Positions 24,818 through 35,689 of a stretch of 64,000 nucleotides of DNA are shown piece after piece. The stretch's first letter is position 1, and every line of letters begins with the position of its first letter. Both the position numbers and the translations under genes were made by a program. The notes beneath the pieces are model-generated. The model was given only the letters and a program-made list of their open reading frames with translations. It searched no databases and had not been told where the DNA came from. The stretch is from Eledone cirrhosa (taxonomy: Eukaryota): the NCBI GenBank assembly GCA_964016885.1, contig OZ024740.1, positions 81,406,001 through 81,470,000 on the forward strand, written 5' to 3'.

Positions 24818-24910
24818 CTTACCTATAGCAATAGTTACCTAGACACATATGACCTTAGCAACCTGTGCCCTACAAGACCAGCAAGAGGCAGACCACCTAC
24901 CATTACCTCA

Positions 24911-26155
24911 ATGGCCAAGAAAACCCACACAGATAGATGGAACGGGTGGACCAGAGCCATACGGACACCCGAAAACCACGATGAACTGAAGAAAATCATT
25001 GCACATGCGGTAGGGGCCAGCATAATACTAACCCTTAAGGAACATATGTTCAAATTTAATGGAAAAACATATGCCCAAGAGGAAGGAGCAGCCATTGGTG
25101 TTAGCATTACAGGCGACATAGCTAACTTATTCATGGTATGGTGGGACAGTAGACTTAAACTTAAACTTAAAGAACAATTAGAAGACCCCTTAACCCTGAT
25201 AATGTACTCCCGCTACGTAGATGATATAAACATCGTAGTTAATACACCCCCACTAGAGAACAGTCAGGAACTAGAGAAAAACACAATGGAAAGCATCCAG
25301 CAAATAGCAAACTCCATCCACCAGAGCATTAGAGTTACTATAGACTACCCAAGTAAACACCCCAACCATCGATTACCTGTACTAGACACAAAGCTCTGGT
25401 TAGATACCATTAACAACAAAAAACAAATCCTCCATTCCCATTATGCCAAACCCATGACTTCCAAACATCTGATCCACCGAAACTCGGCACTTTCGGACCA
25501 TACTAAAATCAACATACTGATTGCGGATTTGGTACGGGTGATGAGAAATGTGTCCCGCATGTGCAACCCCGAAGAACTAGAGAGACACATACAACACTTC
25601 ATCCACCGTATGCAGTTCTCTGGCTACAATCAGAGAGATAAAATCAGAGTGTATAGAGGAGCCAGAACCAAATGGAAAAAAATGGTAAATAATGACATAA
25701 ATGGGACCTGCTCCTTGTATAGGAACACATTTTGGAATAGAATAGAAAGAACTAGGAACAGGGCCAACAGAATAAACTCATGGTATGATAGCAATACATA
25801 CCAGAGTGTGATGTTCATCGATACAACCCCTAGAGGTGAATTAGCTTACAAATTTAGAAGGGCCCTAAATAAACATAAACTCAATATTAAGATAGTAGAA
25901 AGACCAGGTAGTTCCGTAAAAACACTTATTAGCAAGACATACCCTTTTCAAAGACCCTCATGTATAGATAAGAAATGTATAACCTGTAAAATAAGCCCCC
26001 ATATTAACTGTAAAACTAGAAATGTAGTGTATAGCATAAGATGTACTGAAGGACAATGTAGAGACAAAAATATAGTGTACATAGGTGAGACAGCTCGTAG
26101 TGTAGGGGAACGGATAAATGAACACTGGCGAGACCTTCAAGATAATAAAGAATGA
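24911..26155 (+). CDS. Partial PLE reverse transcriptase + GIY-YIG endonuclease
   Basis: QEEGAAIGVSITGDIANLFM, YSRYVDD, LPVLD, CKTRNVVYSIRC, YIGETARS; 5'-truncated, premature TGA. Confidence 0.9.
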   Translation: MAKKTHTDRWNGWTRAIRTPENHDELKKIIAHAVGASIILTLKEHMFKFNGKTYAQEEGAAIGVSITGDIANLFMVWWDSRLKLKLKEQLEDPLTLIMYSRYVDDINIVVNTPPLENSQELEKNTMESIQQIANSIHQSIRVTIDYPSKHPNHRLPVLDTKLWLDTINNKKQILHSHYAKPMTSKHLIHRNSALSDHTKINILIADLVRVMRNVSRMCNPEELERHIQHFIHRMQFSGYNQRDKIRVYRGARTKWKKMVNNDINGTCSLYRNTFWNRIERTRNRANRINSWYDSNTYQSVMFIDTTPRGELAYKFRRALNKHKLNIKIVERPGSSVKTLISKTYPFQRPSCIDKKCITCKISPHINCKTRNVVYSIRCTEGQCRDKNIVYIGETARSVGERINEHWRDLQDNKE

Positions 26156-26540
26156 TCTGTACTCTACCAACATGCTAAGATAGAACACAAGGGTAAATTA
26201 GAGTACATAGAAATAAAAATAGAATCAACACACAGAAAAGACGCAATGTTTAGACAAATTACAGAGGCAATAAACATAAAAGAATTACAACCAAAATTAA
26301 ATAGAAAATATGAATGGAACAGCAACATCACAACTTACAATTAAGGACAAAATGAAAACACACACATAGAACAAACAACCAATCAGTAACATGTAAATAA
26401 ACAAATAAATAAATGAACATAAACACACACAGACACCCGGATGTGGCGCATGCGCAGACTGAGCACACAACACACACACAGAAACAACATGGCGTAGGAC
26501 AGAACAAAGGAGAGGCACAGAAACAAAGAAAGGAATCCCC

Positions 26541-26585
26541 AGTCACTGAAGAGGTCACAGAGTGTGTGACGAAAGAACTATGACT
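26541..26585 (+). ncRNA. pLTR minimal type I hammerhead ribozyme
   Basis: agtca-CTGAAGA-g-gtcaca gagtg tgtgac-GAAA-gaac-TA-tgact; perfect stem I, CUA cleavage triplet. Confidence 0.88.
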
Positions 26586-26965
26586 ATATATAAAGAACTA
26601 TCTGGTTGTGGAACCAACCAACCAACCAGAAATTTATAAATTTATAAATATATAATAAATTGAAGTGAACGCAACTGGTGCGTGTGTTTCTTATTGGCAA
26701 CATGACCCTCCCAAAGTATAACAATATATATATATATGTATATATATATATAAAGTATGTATACGTACATACATATATGTATACAGACGTACAGTAGCAT
26801 GTATATATATACATACATGCACACATATATATATATATATATGTACGTATGGGTTTACCAAACATTTATTATAATGCTTGGTTTCTTTGTAAACAAACAT
26901 CCGGAATTAAGCCGTACAGTGTTTAGCAACCATCGTTGCCCTTTTGTTCAACACTGACAGAGGAA

Positions 26966-27005
26966 CAGTGTACTAGTTTCAAGCTTATTGCCATCGTCAT
27001 CACCG
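26966..27005 (-). ncRNA. Hammerhead ribozyme (C3 mutated) in repeat 26757-27090
   Basis: Minus strand cggtg-ATGACGA-tggcaataagctt-GAAAC-ta-GTA-cactg. Confidence 0.65.
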
Positions 27006-27115
27006 TATACCTTCCTGCCAGATGATTGAACGTCTGAAAGTATATACTTTCCTTATGCATATTAACGGCTGAGCAGCCTAATTTCCATATGTGTGCGTGT
27101 GCGCGCGAGTGTATG

Positions 27116-27158
<43 letters not shown>

Positions 27159-27199
27159 GTATATGTGTGTATATATATATATAATAGAGACCTACCCTT

Positions 27200-27385
27200 A
27201 AATAATTGTTTCTACTTTTGGCACAAGGCCAGCAATTACCCAGTGCATTACTGGTACTTTATTTTATCGACCCCGTAAGGATGAAAGGCAAAGTTAACCT
27301 AGGCGGGATTTGAACTCAGAATGGCAAGGGCCGTAACTCTATGCATCAAAGCATGGCATCCAACCCTCTACCGATACTGCCAATT
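27200..27385 (-). mobile_element. tRNA-derived SINE
   Basis: Same family as 10414. Confidence 0.88.
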
Positions 27386-29844
27386 CACCTACCCTTAAAT
27401 GATGAATGACCGTGTGATTTACACCTAGAAAGTTTCCTTCCGAGGCACAAGGCCGGAAAACGTTGTGGAGGACCAGCAGTCATTCATGCATACTAGTCTC
27501 CATTCATCACGTGACCGATTGTGTCCTTGGGTAAGGCAAAAGTCTATATATCTTGGCACCAGTATGATCGCAAATACTTTACCCGACCTTACAACCTGAG
27601 GCTTGCAAGCCCCAAACTAAAACCACTAGACTTAGATTCGTAAAAAATCATCAGGAATGCCTCGACGATTTGTTACTATTGAAACAGTTCTAGTCCTGTA
27701 GAAGTAATTTCTATAAGAAAATGAATATACCTAAACTCTTCTAACTTTTGACAGTTGTCACCTCCCGATTTATATCGGGATCATATTGATATATATTTAT
27801 ATACATACACACAATCGTAAATTACCCACGTCCGAGACCTCTTAGTTGATCACAATGTCTCAGGTGTTGTATAAACGGGTATATTTGACAGAGGAAGCAA
27901 TTGCGTTGGTTCATTCTAGACAATGCTTCGTATTATATCCTCCCACACTTTCTTTATGTGACCCAATAGAGTACGATCGTTTCCATTCATACTTCCCTGT
28001 TTTTGATGGAAGGTTGCATATATATTGGTGCATGTGATTGAAGATTTGGAATCTAGTCATATAAGATAGGGACCCGAGTTCGCCAGATGCATGTTGAAAT
28101 CCTCCCTAAGGTGGTGTGTCGGATAGCAGTGGTTGTTCTCCTGTTGACGTCCGATAACTTTAGTTAGAATATGCTATATGTATTGTTGATAGAAGCTGAG
28201 TAGCTGTTTTCAGCGAGTGATCCTTGTAAATCGTTCGTGCTGGTGCCTTTGGCTCTAATCTCACTGCCATCTCACTGTTGGGTATCTTATGTATGCTACT
28301 ATGGCACCAGAGTTATGGCCGGTATAGTGGTGCACAAACAGGTCCCTGTAGTTATAATTGTTTTAAAGGTTGGTGTACATGGACCGCTTCTCTCTGATTA
28401 TTTATGTAAAATCGAGTAGATCACGTGATTCAGTGCTCCATTAGCAGTTATAATTTGCCGCCAAACTTGTGGATGTCAGTAGAAGTGAGATCTAAACATG
28501 TGATGTTGTTAGAGGCAATAATATGATCAGTAGTTAAACGATGTCTATTATGTCTAAGTCTCGCACGGTTAAGGTCTTTAAGACAGCTGATAACTTCGTT
28601 AGGGTGGTTTGCCTGTCCGGGTAAGGCGAAAAGAAATGATTTATGATTTCTTGAGAGTTATCCAGGATATGCTATACAATGTTAGTCTATACAGGAAACT
28701 ATAGAACTAATTGTTAATTGGGTCCAGTTTTATGTGTATTAATAAGGTGGTAGAAGTTAAGGATTCGAAGGAAGGTTAAAAGTTAATGCTCTAATTATTT
28801 TTCATTAAGCAAATTTCACATAGCCAGTAATTGAAACCGATATCTTTCTACATCTTTCAACATTGACCTAGTAACATTCAATAGTCGTAGCAAATATTAA
28901 TGGCACTCATCTGAATTGTCATAATCCCAGGGCGCGAACAATATATTATAATGACAAAATAAAAAGGGAATAATGAAAACTTAAGAAAGGTGAAAAAGTA
29001 GTAGTTGAGGCAGGGTAAATTCTACATCATCTTCTAGACGGTAATATCTAAGTTGCATCCTGTGCACAGGTTGAAGAAATCATTGTCTCAGCCGAAAATA
29101 ACTGTTTCATCAGCCATTTCACCTGCAATATGTATAAATAAGTTTTGTTACCACAGAATCTTTAAGGTACATAATCATTTTCCAACTATCTTGGCTACAT
29201 AACTAAAATAGTAGTAAATTAGGAGTGAAATAAAGCAGAATGTAAATCTGGAGATAATTCTTGGACATTTTATTCCATCGTCTCTAGAAACAGCTTACTT
29301 GAAACCACTTAAAGCACTCATTATGCCACGCACCCGATACAGTTTTATAAAAATTATCCGCGTTTATTTCAATTTTTCTGAATGTCGCTAAATAATACTG
29401 TTATGATGTTTCGTTGAAGTACCAACCTCCTTAGTCTTTTATTCCAAACGTTAATTTCTAATGTTTTCATTGACATTTATTCAGACTGGGATGCATGTTA
29501 TCGGAATTGTCCCAAATTGGTGCATGCACATAGTATAGTATACAAGGTATTCTCATAGAAATATATTAAAAGATGAGAATTGTGTGTCACCTAAAGGTTA
29601 AATGGTTTATGTTATGTTGTAGATAGAAAATGTAATACAATACTCTATTCTTCTTATCCTTTCCATTATTAATCTTTATATTAAAACGTCATTTTGAGAA
29701 CAATATAGAAAAATATTGCGTGTGCAGAAAACTTATATATGTATTGATATGGAATTAGAAGCCAATAAGATAATGCATATAGTAAAGGAATGGAAACTGG
29801 AGAGTGAATCACAGAGAACATTAACTCTCTTCCGCCTCTCTCTT

Positions 29845-29877
<33 letters not shown>

Positions 29878-29884
<7 letters not shown>

Positions 29885-30943
29885 GTATTTTGCAATACAC
29901 TTTATGCTTAATTAAAAGCATTTTGAAGACCGTAAGCTATTGTTTTAAAGTAGTGACAAATTCATTCACTTTGATCTCAGCAAACAGGAGAGATAAGCCG
30001 ACAAGTCTTGTTTCACTTTGGTTGAAGCTTATCAAGGCCAACTACCCCATCTGTTTACTGAGATCATTGATGTTATATTCTTATAGAAATCTAGTAAATA
30101 ATCAGGAGCTAATTATGCAGAGCGGTTGTTGGTCAGGCAGAAATTAAAAATTAGAATTGGAGCTCTGAAATAGCAATATATATATGGATGTATATATAAT
30201 GTATTTTGCAATACACTTTATGCTTAATTAAAAGCATTTTGAAGACCGTAAGCTATTGTTTTAAAGTAGTGACAAATTCACTCACTTTGATCTCAGCAAA
30301 CAGGAGAGATAAGCCGACAAGTCTTGTTTCGCTTTGGTTGAAGCTTATCAAGGCCAACTACCCCATCTGTTTACTGAGATCATTGATGTTATATTCTTAT
30401 AGAAATCTAGTAAATAATCAGGAGCTGATTATGCAGAGCGGTTGTTGGTCAGGCAGAAATTAAAAATTAGAATTGGAGCTCTGAAATAGCAATATATATA
30501 TGGATGTATATATAATGTATTTTGCAATACACTTTATGCTTAATTAAAAGCATTTTGAAGACCGTAAGCTATTGTTTTAAAGTAGTGACAAATTCACTCA
30601 CTTTGATCTCAGCAAACAGGGGAGATAAGCCGACAAGTCTTGTTTCGCTTTGGTTGAAGCTTATCAAGGCCAACTACCCCACCTGTTTACTGAGATCATC
30701 GATGTTATATTCTTATAGAAATCTAGGGGTAGTTGGCCTTGATAAGCTTCAACCAAAACGAAACAAGACTTGTCGGCTTATCTCCCCTGTTTGCTGAGAT
30801 CAAAGTGAGTGAATTTGTCATACTTTAAAACAATAGCTTACGGTCTTCAAAATGCTTTTAATTAAGCATAAAGTGCATTGCAAAATACATTATATATACA
30901 TCCATATATATATTGCTATTTCAGAGATCCAATTCTAATTTTG
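29878..30943 (-). mobile_element. Retrozyme-like array: about 2.7 tandem 316 bp units plus an inverted partial unit, inside (TA)n
   Basis: Near-identical units offset by 316 bp (29890, 30206, 30522); inversion from 30726; one HHR per unit. Confidence 0.9.
30312..30355 (-). ncRNA. Hammerhead ribozyme, U3-A8 core (copies at 29996-30039 -, 30628-30671 -, 30735-30778 +)
   Basis: Minus strand ggcc-TTGATAA-gctt caacca aagc-GAAAC-aag a ctt-GTC-ggct. Confidence 0.85.
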
Positions 30944-31029
<86 letters not shown>

Positions 31030-31583
31030 GTTTACATTTATTGTTTATGAGTTAACATAAACGTATTGGAACGTTATTCATGTGATTATTATTCACACAA
31101 TATATGCATAATTTGTAATATCTTGTAATCTCTTCAATATTAATTTCTCTTGAGCATACCACACGACAGTTTATCTCACTGTATTTAATTTTACTGGTGA
31201 TATTCTTTACTATCACTGCAAATACATATCTTAGGTACTTACTTCTGCTAATATAATTGTCTGAATAATAAGCATTTTTCTACTACGATTACTCAAACAT
31301 ATAACATGAAAAAATCGGTTCAATATGATTTATTCTATTTTAACAAAATATTTGTTGAAAACCCAATGTTATCATTCACAACTCTTACACATTCCGCATA
31401 TATACACAGAAACAACACTTACAGGCAAATGTACATCAACATTCATGTATAAACACACTCACACAAATACGCACACACATATATATATATATACACACAC
31501 GCACACACACACACAAGTGTATGTATTATTAACTTATATACCAAGGTATAGAAACACAGATTAGTAGTTGGTTGGAAACCGAA

Positions 31584-32865
31584 GTGATATTCTTTAAATT
31601 TCTAGCCATAGACATTCCTACGATATGACGTCCACAACATATTTTACGTACATCATAATTCAATGTTCCAGTTTAACAAGTTCCTATTATAGTATAACAT
31701 GTCATATAAGTTTTCTGAACGAAAGAACGTCTCTGTCGAGGAAACAAATGATTCATTATTTAATTGGTACTACATTAAATGCAACGTCAAAATCCTTTAA
31801 CTGTGAAACTTACAGAGATGTGTTATTTACTTAATCTTAAAGTTCTGCCATATATACAGGGCAGTTTTCACAACTCAACATATTTGTTTCTAAATGGCTG
31901 AATTACATTCCCTGGGGATGTTTGTTATGGAGAACAAAACGTCAGATTTCATAATGTCTGATTGCAAACATTTTTTTTAAGAATAGAGAGTTTTGAGGTT
32001 TCAATTGGTACAGGGGAAACAGTTTAGCACACCGAGCTATATAGAGTTGCAGAGTGGTTTACGGTAGGTGTACAGCTTTTCAGATATGTGTATAACTAAT
32101 ACCTTCTGATAAGTACTGTTAACAATACTAAGCATTTTAGTATTATATATATTTAGCTTTATAAATTCTTCCATATTTTGAAAAGAATCATGAAGGTTTT
32201 ATCAGAAATATTTATTGTTTTATACTTCTCAGATTTACATAAAGAATACATTCTTTGACACAAAAGACATGTTTTGCATTGTAAGTTCATATTCATTAGG
32301 TTGAGAAATCTTCACCAAGCTGCTTTCCGTAAGCTAGAAATTTGCGAATTGTTACAAGTATAGCTTCGTTTTCTGTAGGTTTGTACTCATGAGGAAAAGG
32401 TCGGAAAACTTTCATATTTATGGAACAACCTTTCCGGATGAAAATGATTTATTAGCGCGGTACTATTTCACATATCGCAAATACGAGAGATATTTGTTAA
32501 ACATTGGTAAGGTAGTAGTTTGCAAGTTCAGATAACTGAAAATCAATAACAGTATACAGGTGCGGATATATAGAGAAAGGGCTTGCCGTTTTACTATTTT
32601 GTTATAGTTTAATTCTAGCTGAGTCATGATCGGGAACTTGTCTTATCAACAACATCCCGCCCGTTGCTTGCTAGAAATAATATTTTTTGTCATAGATTAT
32701 ATCTTGATTTTATGTTATATATCTGTTTATAAAAACAAGTCTTTGCTTATTATTGTTGAAGGTTGTATAAACTGGAACATTGAGTTATGATGTACGTAAA
32801 ATATGTTGTGGACGTCATATTGTTGGAATGTCTATGACTATGGCTAGAAATTTAAAAAATATCAC
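31584..32865. mobile_element. 1.28 kb non-coding element with about 95 bp terminal inverted repeats (MITE-like)
   Basis: gtgatattctttaaatttctagcc...aatgttccagttta is inverted at 32768-32865; no clear TSD. Confidence 0.7.
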
Positions 32866-33083
32866 AAATGCAAACGGGAGATAATTGAAGTGCGATACAT
32901 TTCAAAGATGATAGTATGTGCATTAAAGAGAAACTCATTTCTACATCACTTGACGTAAATTTCAGTGGAAAACATTTAATCGAACAGATTTTGCTTGAAA
33001 TTACTCATGGCAATGCAACTGACAGTTATACAGATGTCACAAGTAACAACCTACCTAAATGGACGTTTGCATGAGCATTTCAA

Positions 33084-33084
<1 letters not shown>

Positions 33085-33114
<30 letters not shown>

Positions 33115-33865
33115 CTTCTTCTTCTTCTTCTTCTTCTTCTTCTTCTTCTTCTTCTTCTTCGCCCACTTATTCCTGCGAGGGTCATGGGGAAGAGACCTGA
33201 TATATTCTTTCCAGTGGGTCCTATCAGAAGCAACCGCTCAGTTGGATCCCCAGGCGAGACCAACCAAATTCATTGATGTTATCCAACCATCTTACTCGGG
33301 GTCTTCCCCTGTTTCTCCTGCCGATTGATTTTTCCCGTAAAATCTCTCCAGCCCCCTGAGACATTCTAACCACATGCCCATAGTGTCGGAGCTTTGCTCT
33401 CTCAATGTGGAGGAGTAGTTTCTCTACCGGGAATGACTCCCTGATGTCCGTGCTACACTCTCTATCGAGTCACGATACTCCAGAGACTCTTCGGAGGAAG
33501 ACGATTTCGACCGTTTATATTCCCGATCGTATTTTTCGGTCATTATAACAAGATTCATAGATAACGCTTGGCACAAATATCGAATTAATTACTGAATGCT
33601 GAAGCTGTCGCTTTACTGCACCAACTCCTGTATAACTTGAAATTAATTCAGCCTCCTGCCTTCCTTCACTTGTGAACGAGGCCCAGAGAAAATTGAACTT
33701 CTATACGTGCTTTAGAGGAACTCCATCTATATGTAGAGTGCACTGCCTAGGCGTTCTTGCAAAAACTAGTGTCTCAGTTTTCGCAGCACTGAGTTACATT
33801 CCAGCCAAATAGCACTCGGCATCAAACCTATCGAGTGCATTTCGGAGATCATCTTCTGTCGAGTT
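33085..33865 (-). mobile_element. RTE-clade (Expander/Rex3-like) LINE 3' fragment with (GAA)n tail
   Basis: Minus strand translates to LLLHIERAKLRHYGHVVRM; (CTT)n at 33085-33160 is the tail. Confidence 0.75.
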
Positions 33866-34980
33866 AAGTAATAACATGTTGTATGCAAATTTTATACACG
33901 CCTGACATAATGCCACTTCCAACACAGCTGTGTATGTCAATCATGTTCATGTAAATAAAGAATATGCCATCAATAAAATATAATGCATAAATACAAGTGG
34001 AGATACATCGAGAGATAGATAAATGGGTGGAGAGACACGTAGGCAAGCAAAACAGAATCGGAGACATAGAGATAGGTAGACAAACCGGCCAATACATAGG
34101 TAATTGATAGATGGTTAGACACAGATACACAATTAGAGATATGGAGAGGAAGAGAGAGAAAGAAGGAGAAAGAGGGTAAGAGATAGAGATAAGTAAATAC
34201 GGAGAAAGAAGGAGAGAGTGAGAAAGAGGGAAAGAGAGAGAGAGAGTGGGATAGAGCGACTAGAATGTGTCCGTGTGTAGCTGTACAATTCCGGGGACAC
34301 ACCAGTACACAGAAAGTAAACATAATTGTTTGTCTTAATCGAAAATGAATGTCTATACCCTGTAACTATTGTTGATATTGATTTTAAAAGATTTACAAAT
34401 TATGAAATACATTGATAGGTTAAAGCTGTATAGCAATTGGCCTGTAATCACTTCCACATGGCAATAATCAATATGATCTATAAGGTTTCTCTTATGCTAA
34501 TAATTAATTCATCAAAGCCATAATTATCCAGTTTGTAGACAGAGAGATAGGTAGACAAAGCGACCGATACATATATTATTGGTAGATAGATAGACACATA
34601 TGCAAAATGTGAGATCTGGAGAGAAAGAGAGAGAGGGAATCCGGCAATACTAGATTCTAAATATTGGATATGTTCAACGTATCATTAGTGGAGACACGAG
34701 TATAAATTCGTAAATAAATAAATACTAGATCCAGACGTATGTGTTTCCAAGCGTCAGTAGACACGAACTTAAAATGAACGCCGACGTGTGCTGTATGATT
34801 ACAATAAAGAAAACTGCATAGCGTATTAGACTTATTTTAGTCGATGTTTCGTGTAATAAATTCAATATCATATGTGGAAATTCTACAAAGAAAAATATTT
34901 ATAACCACACATATGTATATACGCCACACGCACATACACACACACACATACACACACACGCACACATACACACACACACA

Positions 34981-35018
<38 letters not shown>

Positions 35019-35125
35019 CGCAGAGCAGCAGCAGGTCTCATATATGTATATATATATACATATATTATTGAATAAAATGACAGGAGGCCGGAAGGGTGAA
35101 ATTCCTATAAAGATTTATTATAGCA

Positions 35126-35229
<104 letters not shown>

Positions 35230-35611
35230 AAAAGAATAGAGGTGTAACACACATATATATATATAATAGCTTACAGTATCGTAAAAGAGGATAGAAAGAA
35301 GTGGAATAACACCATCATTCACCCACCTTTTTCCCACCAGGGAGCTGCAGAGCGTATGTTCAGTCGGGCCTACCCCGCTATATTCTTCCTCTTGGCTAGA
35401 CTGCATTTTGGTTAATGTTACGAACCTGATGCCTATATCCGAATAACTTCTTAGACAATGGATCATATGAATATGCAACTTCGATCCTTAGCATACTATT
35501 CTCCTTTCACTGTGTTTATACCTTTAACATTCAAATTTAATACACACTGCGATGCAAAACTATTACTTTACCCTATTCGGGTGTATAATTAAAAACTTTG
35601 CCTTTAATACC

Positions 35612-35652
35612 TGCCTCAGACGAGCCCCATTGGGCGACACATGTGTAAGAGC
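35612..35652 (+). ncRNA. Degenerate hammerhead ribozyme
   Basis: gcct-CAGACGA-gccc catt gggc-GACAC-atgt-GTA-agag; two core mutations. Confidence 0.55.
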
Positions 35653-35689
35653 TATATAAAGATATGTTTTAACGGCTTGTAACTCTTTC

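Larger units (their letters stand above)
24818..26727 (+). mobile_element. Penelope-like element, right arm of the palindrome
   Basis: 414 aa ORF 24911-26155 with the RT core C-terminal half, thumb, Cys linker and GIY-YIG; pLTR follows. Confidence 0.95.

Noticed and set aside
26153-26155. In-frame TGA in a possibly Naiad-like PLE as a selenocysteine codon (also TGA at 2617-2619)
   Set aside because: The other palindrome arm has TCA (Ser) at the first site, and the second aligns to Arg in CKTRNVVY. Neither is a Cys position, so both are ordinary nonsense mutations.
27800-28750. Highly decayed PLE on the minus strand (NHP-like and YSIGS-like remnants)
   Set aside because: Motifs too eroded to support without an alignment.
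29045-29126. Possible minus-strand terminal exon (ttgcag acceptor at about 29121-29126)
   Set aside because: Only about 24 codons, no recognisable protein and no partner exons found.
29890-30797. Three near-identical 85-91 aa ORFs
   Set aside because: By-product of the 316 bp tandem unit. They start at TTG, are antisense to the ribozyme strand and show no recognisable domain.
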